Positions 56,112-64,000 of a DNA stretch of 64,000 nucleotides are shown piece after piece. Within the stretch, counting starts at the first letter, position 1. Every line of letters starts with the position of its first letter. Source of the stretch: Candidatus Micrarchaeota archaeon (lineage in GTDB: Archaea; Micrarchaeota; Micrarchaeia; Anstonellales; Bilamarchaeaceae). The stretch lies in assembly GCA_043821365.1 (NCBI GenBank), contig JBDRCX010000006.1, positions 519,417-583,416 on the forward strand, given 5' to 3'. The notes under the pieces are model-generated. The model had not been told where the DNA came from. It did no database searches and worked only from the letters and a program-made list of their open reading frames with translations. Position numbers and translations under genes: made by a program.

Positions 56112-59100
56112 ATGAGATTAATTATTATTTTTGCATTGTTGGGTTTGGTTGGATTAGTTACTGCAGCAGGTGATATTAGTTCAGGTCCCATCACAGATTG
56201 TGGTACCATACAGGCACCAGGATATTACTCCCTGGCTAACGATCTGTTGGGTGCAGATGTACCTTTCCTTAGTGGGACCCAAGTCTGTCTTTTGATTAAT
56301 TCATCAGATGTTGCAATAGATTGTGGTTCTTATACTATGTTTGATGATACTGGCACTAATCAAACTATTGCAATAGCAAACAATGCTAGTGCTATACTCA
56401 ATAATCTCACTATAAAAAATTGTGAAATATCAGGTTATAATGCTGATGGTGAAGATGGCCCCCCATCTTATCCACCAAGAGGCCAAATTCACATCTACGA
56501 TGTTGAAAACCTTTCATTATCTGGGCTTGAAGTTCATAATAGTACTTATTCAGTTGGTATTTCTCTTGAGAATGTTAACAATATTACAATGTCTGATCTT
56601 GAAGTTTATGATTTGAATCGATCAGCTATTATGGTCAAAGATAGTAAAAAACTCAACATAAGCAACATTTTTGTTCACGAAATATATTATTTCGATTCTT
56701 ATTATCATGACCACAACTATGCTGTTGACCTTAGAGATGTTTCGCGAGTTGATTTTAAAAATTCAGCTATCGGTTATAACCAAAGGCCATCAGTTAGACT
56801 TGAGGATGTTCAAAATGTAAAACTAGATGGTCTTGAAATTGCAAATAGTACTGTTCCTATGGACTGCGATTTTAATCCTAGTGACGATAGCTGTATGGAT
56901 CTTGCAAATCTTCTGAGAATTGAAGATGCGACTAATTTCTCCATTAAATCAAGTAATTTGTATAATACAGTTGGAGACTGTTTTGATATAGAAGAAAATG
57001 TAACTAACTTCGAACTAGATAATGTTGAAATTTATAATTGTATGGGGTCAGGGATAATGGCGCTTGGCGATGATCCTTTTAGCGATGAATATGACAATAA
57101 AAACCATAGCTTTTCATCTTTACATATATATAACACATCTCTTGCTATGGTGGTTGGGGCTTCAAATATCACAAAAATAAATAATTCTAATATCTCGAAT
57201 AATATCATTGGTTTAGTTTCCTTGTCAAACCATGATTTGTATATACTTAACAGTTTGATAAGTGAAAATATGCTTCTTGATTTCCTGGATATTAATCTAA
57301 TGTCACTTGAATCAGTTGGGGTGAGCAACTTCCTTGAACCTCTTCTAAATGAAACAATTGGTGAATTAGTTAACGAATCACTTGATCTTGGAGAACCTCA
57401 TGTTGATTGTTCAGTTTATCTTACAAACGTTACTGGTTCTGGCGGCAGGCCAATTCTTTATTTGAATGACACTACAAGTGTTGATGGTGGAGTTTATTCA
57501 GAAATAATCATGTGCGCAGGTAATAATACACACATAAATGGAACAACAGTTAGGGGTTCAGATAGTTTCTATAATAATGGTATTTTCATTATGGGTGGAA
57601 ACAATATTACAATTTCAAATTCTCTTTCTGAAGGAAATGCATTTGGTATGATGCTTTTTGCTGTTAGTAATAGTAATATTAGTAATAATGTAATACGCGA
57701 CTCAACAATGACACTTGAGGCACAAACTGCAGCATTAGGAATGAATGTAACTAGTTTCATGGAACAATTTGGCTTGAATATGTCTGAGGATGGCAACGAA
57801 TTAATTATGTACTGGAAAGGTCTTGGTTTGCTTTATGGCAGTGTAACATCATTTATCACAACAAATACATTATTTTCAAATAATCTTATAGAAGACAGCC
57901 AGTATCTAGGTATGATATCTATAATCTCTCTCGACAACACATATCAAGAAAATATAATAAGAAATAATAATTTATACGATCTTCAGGAATTTAACTTATC
58001 TCTTAGTTCTGGCGGTGGTAACACAACAAACTTCTCTGTCTATGGTCTTGATACATTTAGAGCTGGGTTTGTATCTTTAGGTGGAATTGGAGATACTTAC
58101 ATAGAAAATGAGTTCTACAATAATACAGGTTCTGGTTATCTTGGTTTATTACTATTAGAGAATGAATTTTACAGAAACAAAGCATATGATAATACGGTTT
58201 CTGGATTTGTTGCAGTATTAGGTGGTTACAATCAATTCATTGAAGATGAAGCTTACAACAACAATCCAGCTAATGATCTTGTTGGATTAAGCTTTACGAT
58301 ATACAATCCTGATAATCTTTCCGAGACAATCGAACCTCAGGTAAATATCTCATCTGGTGGTTTTGTAACTATCCTTGCTTTTGATACAATCATGCTTGGC
58401 ATAGAATCCCATGATAATAATGGGTATGGGGTTGTTGATTTCCCTATTCCACCAGTATCATTTTCAATGATTGATCCACTTAGTCTTGGGGAAGAAAACA
58501 TGTTTGAGGAAGGCATTCAAGGTATCTTAGTGAATGCAGGTCTCCAGGTTTTAATTAACCTTATCTCTGCTGATATTCCAACCACTACTATAGTTTCATC
58601 AACTTTTGCAGGAAATTCACTAGGTGGAGTTAATTCAGGTTCATTATTTTTGCCTCCAGCACAGCTATCTGATGTGAATCTTGGAGATACAATAAGTGTA
58701 AGTATAGAAACAACAAGAACTACAAGTTTAATTTCAGATTTCTATGATTCAATACCAGAAGAACTTTATGGAGTATTTGAATTTGGTGGTGAAGACTATT
58801 TCTCTTTCAATATGGGTAATGTTTGGGAAGAGAATAGCAGCTACTTAAATGGTCTGTCACTTCCTATGGCAGGTTCTCCAAATTTAGAAACATTTGTCTA
58901 TGATGACACTCTTGTTCTTCTTGTTTCAAATTCATCAAATGTCAGTTCATACGAATGGTCTGGTTCAACATGGCAGCTTAATAATTCTTGGGCAAATGGT
59001 TTGAATGGATATCCTTCTGAAATTTATCCAACCTACCCAGCAGTATTTGAAATGGATGGATTACATATGCTTTTGGGAACTGCAAATGGTTCAATTCTTG

Positions 59101-61064
59101 GTTTCAGTTGGAATGGTTCACAATGGGTATACAATACGTCTGTTGCTAACGGAATAGATTTACTAGCAGAGACTCCTCCATTATCACCTAAAAACATCTC
59201 ACCAACTGTTTTCTATGATGATATAGAAGGTAACTATATCCTTGTTGTTGGCTATTCAGGAAGTTATAATGGAAATAATAGAATACTTACATGGTCACGG
59301 GATAATGAGTCAACTCCATGGACTTGGGCAACCTATTATGAAGAAGATGAATGGGATGCAGATCATGGCCATGGTAATTCTACCAAGCCAAGAGCGTATT
59401 ACAGTGAAAGATATAATGCTGAAGTAATAATAATTGCTTTAGAAGATGGCACATTTGCTTGTAATTATTGGGATTCAGAACACAATCCAAATGGTATTGA
59501 AAGCGAGACTAGGTGCCCGCCAGATATTCCTGCAGGTAATCTTTCAGGTGCAACACCAGTAAGAATTGATGATGTGTTGCTATTTTTGGTAAGCAGCAAA
59601 TCATCAGGAAATTTCACAGCATTTGTTTCTAATGATTCTGATATAGAAATTGATTTACATGTTAATCCAACTGGTTATATCATTTCAGATGCTGCTGCTC
59701 CATCAGCTACTCCACCTACTGGTTTAATGTCTTTCAGAGGTCAATACATATCACTTGTGAGGAAGGCAAAGATGCTTGAAGCATCATTAGCACTGACTGC
59801 ATCTAACATCAGCTTAGGTAATGGTACAGTTGTTGATTTTGAAAATTATACTATTAATCTAAGTACAACTATTGATTTTGGTTATATTGAACTTGGCGGA
59901 ATCTATGATCCATTCGTAGTTTCTGTTGCAGTATTTGAATGGCCAAGGTCTGCAATAAGTGGCTACAGCCCAACTGCAATGAGATTATATGCTTGGGATG
60001 GTAGCAATTGGTCTTTAGTTCCGAATCAATATCCAGTTCCAGAAAGAAACATGCTCTTAGTATTTGATATTGCAAGCCAAGAAGATCAAGAAATTTATGG
60101 TTTATTTACAACAAGCGGACCGTCAATTGATGATTGCAGTGATGAAACCAACACTGTGAATGTTGACCTTCAACCAGATATATCTATGGAGTATGATTGT
60201 TACGATGGTCTTTACATTGAAGTTCTTGGTGCCAATGGTCCTATGGAATACTTAAACATTGGAATTGGAACCACAAATGCACAAGGTCAAGTTACTGTTG
60301 ATCCATTTGACTGTCAGGTAGAGGAGTGTACAACTGATCTTGACTGTCCATCTACTCAGGAATGTGTTAATGGCGAATGCAGGTCAGTTCAGTGTGATTG
60401 TGGACAAATTATTGATCATGTTTGCAATGACTATGAATGTTGTACTGACTTTGATTGCGAATCTGGTTCAACATGCATAAGCAATGAATGTGTGGAAGTA
60501 TCTTCATGTACCTATGATTACGAATGTCTATCAAGTGAATACTGCAGCAATGGTGTCTGTGTTCCAGTTACAAGTACTTGTGGATATGCAGCAAACCATG
60601 AATGGATACCGTACGAATGTGGTTCACAATCTGATTGTCCAAGCTGTGCTCCAGGATTTGTTTGCGAAGGCTACCAGTGTGTTGCACTACCCTCTGACCT
60701 TACTGGTCCAGATTCAGGATTTGTTGGTGATGATGCCACTTTCCATGCAATAAACTGCCCACTTTGTGAAGTTCAGATTTCAGACCCACTTGGTAGGAAC
60801 ATGTCTGCATTGACATCTGAAGCAGGTGATCTTGCTCTTCCACTGGCATACAATGGTACATACACATTAACCCTAGTGAAAGGTTCAGTACCAGTAAAAA
60901 CAGCTTCTGTTAGAGCATTATCAAGAAGCCCAGGTGTTGGTCCAGTTGGTCCAAGCTTCATCAGTGATGTGGCAGTTCCAGGTGCAATATTGGCACTATT
61001 GCTTGCTTTGATTGTGGTTTTCATGTATACTATCATGACAAGAGGCAAACCAAGAGTAAAATAA
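56112..61064 (+). CDS. Giant surface protein 2 (approx 1,650 aa), tandem paralog of protein 1
   Basis: Same architecture and same leader (GAGGCGGA-N4-ATGAGATTAATTAT...). ATG at 56112; the track start at 56094 overlaps the stop of gene 1. Confidence 0.8.
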   Translation: MRLIIIFALLGLVGLVTAAGDISSGPITDCGTIQAPGYYSLANDLLGADVPFLSGTQVCLLINSSDVAIDCGSYTMFDDTGTNQTIAIANNASAILNNLTIKNCEISGYNADGEDGPPSYPPRGQIHIYDVENLSLSGLEVHNSTYSVGISLENVNNITMSDLEVYDLNRSAIMVKDSKKLNISNIFVHEIYYFDSYYHDHNYAVDLRDVSRVDFKNSAIGYNQRPSVRLEDVQNVKLDGLEIANSTVPMDCDFNPSDDSCMDLANLLRIEDATNFSIKSSNLYNTVGDCFDIEENVTNFELDNVEIYNCMGSGIMALGDDPFSDEYDNKNHSFSSLHIYNTSLAMVVGASNITKINNSNISNNIIGLVSLSNHDLYILNSLISENMLLDFLDINLMSLESVGVSNFLEPLLNETIGELVNESLDLGEPHVDCSVYLTNVTGSGGRPILYLNDTTSVDGGVYSEIIMCAGNNTHINGTTVRGSDSFYNNGIFIMGGNNITISNSLSEGNAFGMMLFAVSNSNISNNVIRDSTMTLEAQTAALGMNVTSFMEQFGLNMSEDGNELIMYWKGLGLLYGSVTSFITTNTLFSNNLIEDSQYLGMISIISLDNTYQENIIRNNNLYDLQEFNLSLSSGGGNTTNFSVYGLDTFRAGFVSLGGIGDTYIENEFYNNTGSGYLGLLLLENEFYRNKAYDNTVSGFVAVLGGYNQFIEDEAYNNNPANDLVGLSFTIYNPDNLSETIEPQVNISSGGFVTILAFDTIMLGIESHDNNGYGVVDFPIPPVSFSMIDPLSLGEENMFEEGIQGILVNAGLQVLINLISADIPTTTIVSSTFAGNSLGGVNSGSLFLPPAQLSDVNLGDTISVSIETTRTTSLISDFYDSIPEELYGVFEFGGEDYFSFNMGNVWEENSSYLNGLSLPMAGSPNLETFVYDDTLVLLVSNSSNVSSYEWSGSTWQLNNSWANGLNGYPSEIYPTYPAVFEMDGLHMLLGTANGSILGFSWNGSQWVYNTSVANGIDLLAETPPLSPKNISPTVFYDDIEGNYILVVGYSGSYNGNNRILTWSRDNESTPWTWATYYEEDEWDADHGHGNSTKPRAYYSERYNAEVIIIALEDGTFACNYWDSEHNPNGIESETRCPPDIPAGNLSGATPVRIDDVLLFLVSSKSSGNFTAFVSNDSDIEIDLHVNPTGYIISDAAAPSATPPTGLMSFRGQYISLVRKAKMLEASLALTASNISLGNGTVVDFENYTINLSTTIDFGYIELGGIYDPFVVSVAVFEWPRSAISGYSPTAMRLYAWDGSNWSLVPNQYPVPERNMLLVFDIASQEDQEIYGLFTTSGPSIDDCSDETNTVNVDLQPDISMEYDCYDGLYIEVLGANGPMEYLNIGIGTTNAQGQVTVDPFDCQVEECTTDLDCPSTQECVNGECRSVQCDCGQIIDHVCNDYECCTDFDCESGSTCISNECVEVSSCTYDYECLSSEYCSNGVCVPVTSTCGYAANHEWIPYECGSQSDCPSCAPGFVCEGYQCVALPSDLTGPDSGFVGDDATFHAINCPLCEVQISDPLGRNMSALTSEAGDLALPLAYNGTYTLTLVKGSVPVKTASVRALSRSPGVGPVGPSFISDVAVPGAILALLLALIVVFMYTIMTRGKPRVK

Positions 61065-61206
61065 TTTTTTTTCTTTTCTTATCATTTTTAATCAAATATG
61101 GCCATGTTTAGAGCAAAACCAACGTTTATAAATACTTCTCTCATAAATCTTCCTACAAGGAAGCTAGTACAATTGCTAGCCCTGCTCTTTTGTTGGGTGA
61201 TTCTGC

Positions 61207-61458
61207 TTGAAGAAGAAAAAAAGTAGTACTACAATAGATGTTTTATCGCATGATCTTGTTCCTGAAATGAAAGTTTTATCTGATAATGAAAAGTCAAAAG
61301 TTCTCTCTAAATACCAGATTGATGAAGATCAATTTCCTAAAGTTTCTTCTAAAGATTCTGCAGTTGTTGCACTAAAAGCAACTGTTGGAAATGTTCTTGA
61401 AATCAAGAGAGATGATGGAACTGGGAAGTACACCACATACAGGATAGTGGTTGAATAA
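61207..61458 (+). CDS. rpoH: DNA-directed RNA polymerase subunit H (Rpo5)
   Basis: DVLSHDLVPEMKVLSDNEKSKVLSKYQIDEDQFPKV...DSAVVALKATVGNVLEIKRDDGTGKYTTYRIVV. Confidence 0.9.
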   Translation: MKKKKSSTTIDVLSHDLVPEMKVLSDNEKSKVLSKYQIDEDQFPKVSSKDSAVVALKATVGNVLEIKRDDGTGKYTTYRIVVE

Positions 61459-61503
61459 TTTTTCTGGTCTGGTCAGCTGATCGGCCAATTGAGGTGTTGC
61501 TAG

Positions 61504-62964
61504 ATGGTTGAAGGTCTAATGGAATCTTATTTCAGAGTTAACACTCTTGTTAACCAGCAACTTTTGTCCTATAATAAATTTTTGGACACTGGGCTACAAC
61601 AAGTTGTCGATAGAATTGGGAAAATTCAAACAAATGTTGAAGGTTTTGAACTTAAACTTGGTAAAGTTAGGATTGAACAACCTAGGTACTATGAAGTTAA
61701 AGGTGGATACAGGCAGGTTTTGCCTAATGAAGCAAGATTAAGGAACCTAAGTTATTCTGCACCAATTTTCCTTGAAATTATACCTGTTTTTAATGGAGTT
61801 GAAAGACCTGTTTATTCAGATGTTTTCATCGGCGAATTACCAGTTATGTTGAAATCAAAACTTTGTTATCTTTCTCAGATGAGAAAAGATGAACTTATTG
61901 AAAATGGAGAAGATCCTGATGATCCAGGAGGCTACTTTATTATTAATGGTAGTGAGCGTGTTTTGACTTCAATCGAAGACCTTGTACCAAACAAATTAAT
62001 GGTCACAAAAGAAAGAAATGGAGTTGTTTCAAAAATATTCTCAACCCATTATGGTTTCAGAGCAAGATGTGTTGTTGAAAGAAATGCAGATGGAGTCTAT
62101 ACTGCCGAATTCCCTTCAACCCCAACAGGAATTCCACTTCTCCAGCTTTTGAGGGTTCTAGGTCTTGAAACAAATCCACAGATTCTTTCTGCATTTACAG
62201 ATGAAAAACACATTAGAAACGATGTCATTCTTAATCTTGAATCAGAACAGTCAAATAACAAAGAAGAGTCAGTTGATATGCTGAGCAGGCGTCTTTCGCC
62301 AGGCCAACCGCCTGAATTTAGATTAAATAGGATGGAAAATCTGCTTGATAATTATCTGCTTCCACATATTGGTGTGACAAAGGCAGCAAGAATTGACAAG
62401 GCAGTCTATCTTATAAGAATGGCTGAAAGAGCAACAAGAATTTCATACGGTGAATTTGCTCCTGATGATAAAGATCATTATGCAAATAAACGTGTGAAGC
62501 TTGCAGGAGACATGATGGAAGAACTTTTCAGATATGCTTTCCAATTTTTAATCAAAGATCTTGTTTATCAAGCTTCAAGAGCCGATGCACGTGGAAGAAG
62601 ATTGCAGGTGCACACTTTGATAAGACAAGATGTTATGGGTGACAGGATCAAATACGCAATGGCAACTGGAAACTGGATTGCAGGACAAACTGGTGTTTCC
62701 CAGTTGCTTGATCGTGTCAGTTCTCTATCTACAATTTCACATTTGAGGAGAGTTATTTCTCCACTTAGTAAAAAACATCCACACTTTAAGGCAAGAGACC
62801 TTCATGGTACACACATTGGAAAACTGTGTCCAAATGAAACTCCAGAAGGTCCAAGTTGTTCTCTTGTGAAGAACCTTTCGGTTATGGCAGAGGTTTCTAT
62901 AGGTGTCGAAGAAGAAGACATCAACAGAATTCTCAAGGCCTATGATGTAAAAGATCATGCTTAA
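61504..62964 (+). CDS. rpoB2: DNA-directed RNA polymerase subunit B'' (Rpo2 N-terminal half)
   Basis: Typical Rpo2N sequence (...NQQLLSYNKFL...PNEARLRNLSYSAPIFL...GYFIINGSERV...LCPNETPEGPSCSLVKNL). Confidence 0.95.
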   Translation: MVEGLMESYFRVNTLVNQQLLSYNKFLDTGLQQVVDRIGKIQTNVEGFELKLGKVRIEQPRYYEVKGGYRQVLPNEARLRNLSYSAPIFLEIIPVFNGVERPVYSDVFIGELPVMLKSKLCYLSQMRKDELIENGEDPDDPGGYFIINGSERVLTSIEDLVPNKLMVTKERNGVVSKIFSTHYGFRARCVVERNADGVYTAEFPSTPTGIPLLQLLRVLGLETNPQILSAFTDEKHIRNDVILNLESEQSNNKEESVDMLSRRLSPGQPPEFRLNRMENLLDNYLLPHIGVTKAARIDKAVYLIRMAERATRISYGEFAPDDKDHYANKRVKLAGDMMEELFRYAFQFLIKDLVYQASRADARGRRLQVHTLIRQDVMGDRIKYAMATGNWIAGQTGVSQLLDRVSSLSTISHLRRVISPLSKKHPHFKARDLHGTHIGKLCPNETPEGPSCSLVKNLSVMAEVSIGVEEEDINRILKAYDVKDHA

Positions 62965-63012
62965 TCTGATGTAATTTTTATAGTTTGACTTCTGGTCAAA
63001 TATAAAAATCAA

Positions 63013-64000
63013 ATGGTGATTTTTATGGTTAAAAAAAGAAAGAAAAAAACTCCAGACAAGACAACTATATTTTTGAATGGTAGGATTGTCGGTAATCATC
63101 CAGATGGAAAAAGTCTTTCCAATCGTCTTCGTGAAAGGAGAAGGATGAATGAATTAAGTAATCAAGTAAACATCTATTACAATAACAAACTAAATGAGCT
63201 TCACATACTCACTGATAAGGGGAGAGTAAGAAGACCATACATAGTAGTTGAAAACGGAAAGTCAAGACTTACAAGCGAAATACTCATAAGAATAAAAAAC
63301 AATGAACTCAATTGGAATCATCTCGTGAAAATGGGCATCATAGAATACTTAGATGCACAAGAAGAAGAAAATTCTTTAATTGCAATAAATGAAGCAGATA
63401 TTACTTCAGACCATACTCATCTTGAAGTTGATCCATCAAATATCTTTGGTGTTGTTGCAGGTGTACTACCATTTTCTGAGCATAATTCTTCACCAAGAAT
63501 TACCATGGCCTGTGCTATGGCTAAACAATCACTTGGTATTTACGCAACTAACTTCGGTGCAAGGTATGATACTAGAGCATACATCATGTATTACCCACAA
63601 CAACCTCTTGTCCAAACAAGCATTTACAAAGCTTTGAATTTGAAAAACAAAGCTGCTGGGCAAAACTGCGTTGTTGCACTTACAAGCTATCATGGATACA
63701 ATATGGCAGATGCAATTGTTGTTAATCGTTCATCTATAGACAGGGGTCTCCATAGGGTTACTATGTTTAAGACATATGAAACCGAAGAAAGAATGTATCC
63801 AGGTGGACAAAAAGATAAAATTGAACTTCCAACTCCAGAAGTTGTAGGGTATAGGGGAGAGGAAGCTTACAGATATCTTGGTGAAGATGGAATCATAATG
63901 CCAGAGAGCGAAGTTGGTGGTAAAGATGTTCTTGTTGGAAAAACATCACCTCCAAGATTCCTTGAAGAAATTTCTGTTTTCGGTGCAGTTGAAGAAAAGA
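63013..64000 (+). CDS. rpoB1: DNA-directed RNA polymerase subunit B' (Rpo2 C-terminal half); 3' end outside the window
   Basis: Open frame to the window end encoding ...PFSEHNSSPRITMACAMAKQSLG...GQNCVVALTSYHGYNMADAIVVNRSSIDRG.... Not in the ORF track because no stop is reached. Start is ATG 63013 or 63025. Confidence 0.9.
   Translation, partial: MVIFMVKKRKKKTPDKTTIFLNGRIVGNHPDGKSLSNRLRERRRMNELSNQVNIYYNNKLNELHILTDKGRVRRPYIVVENGKSRLTSEILIRIKNNELNWNHLVKMGIIEYLDAQEEENSLIAINEADITSDHTHLEVDPSNIFGVVAGVLPFSEHNSSPRITMACAMAKQSLGIYATNFGARYDTRAYIMYYPQQPLVQTSIYKALNLKNKAAGQNCVVALTSYHGYNMADAIVVNRSSIDRGLHRVTMFKTYETEERMYPGGQKDKIELPTPEVVGYRGEEAYRYLGEDGIIMPESEVGGKDVLVGKTSPPRFLEEISVFGAVEEK

Noticed and set aside
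50861-61064. A diversity-generating retroelement acting on the tandem surface paralogs.
   Set aside because: The window contains no reverse-transcriptase ORF and no template/variable repeat pair. The most similar parts are the conserved C-termini rather than a short hypervariable region.

Overview
AT-rich archaeal chromosomal segment. Archaeal markers include split RNA polymerase B''/B', RpoH, RpoL, Csl4, aIF2-alpha, Nop10, eL42/eS27/eS1/uS15, NAC, LonB, GINS, a RecJ/GAN-like DHH protein, a PAC2 chaperone and a class III signal-peptide pilin. The small proteins, low GC, giant surface proteins and heavily interrupted tRNAs fit a small-genome, DPANN-like archaeon, but I cannot confirm this without searches. 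Housekeeping genes occupy about 1-11.3 kb, 30.8-37 kb and 43.9-50.8 kb, plus the rpoH-rpoB operon at the 3' edge. The accessory content stands out. (1) A tightly packed four-gene minus-strand operon (12663-27814) is built around one 13,335-nt ORF of 4,444 aa. That ORF has a long helical N-terminus, a glycine-zipper hydrophobic segment, two GGDEF-like palm domains, a PPP-type phosphatase domain and a C-terminal module that recurs as a stand-alone gene two genes downstream. (2) An extremely histidine-rich protein contains a perfect 100-bp internal repeat. (3) Two tandem paralogous beta-helix surface proteins of about 1,700 aa share a Cys-rich module and a conserved C-terminal anchor. (4) An S-layer gene has a GC-rich, pseudoknot-capable leader. 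(5) tRNA-Val and tRNA-Thr each carry two large introns built from A/T-tract hairpin modules that also occur in intergenic DNA. (6) Several toxin-antitoxin-like modules (RelE/RHH, HEPN/MNT, Fic) and a TnpB remnant lie between tRNAs. All functional calls come from motif and family recognition by eye; no database search was run.
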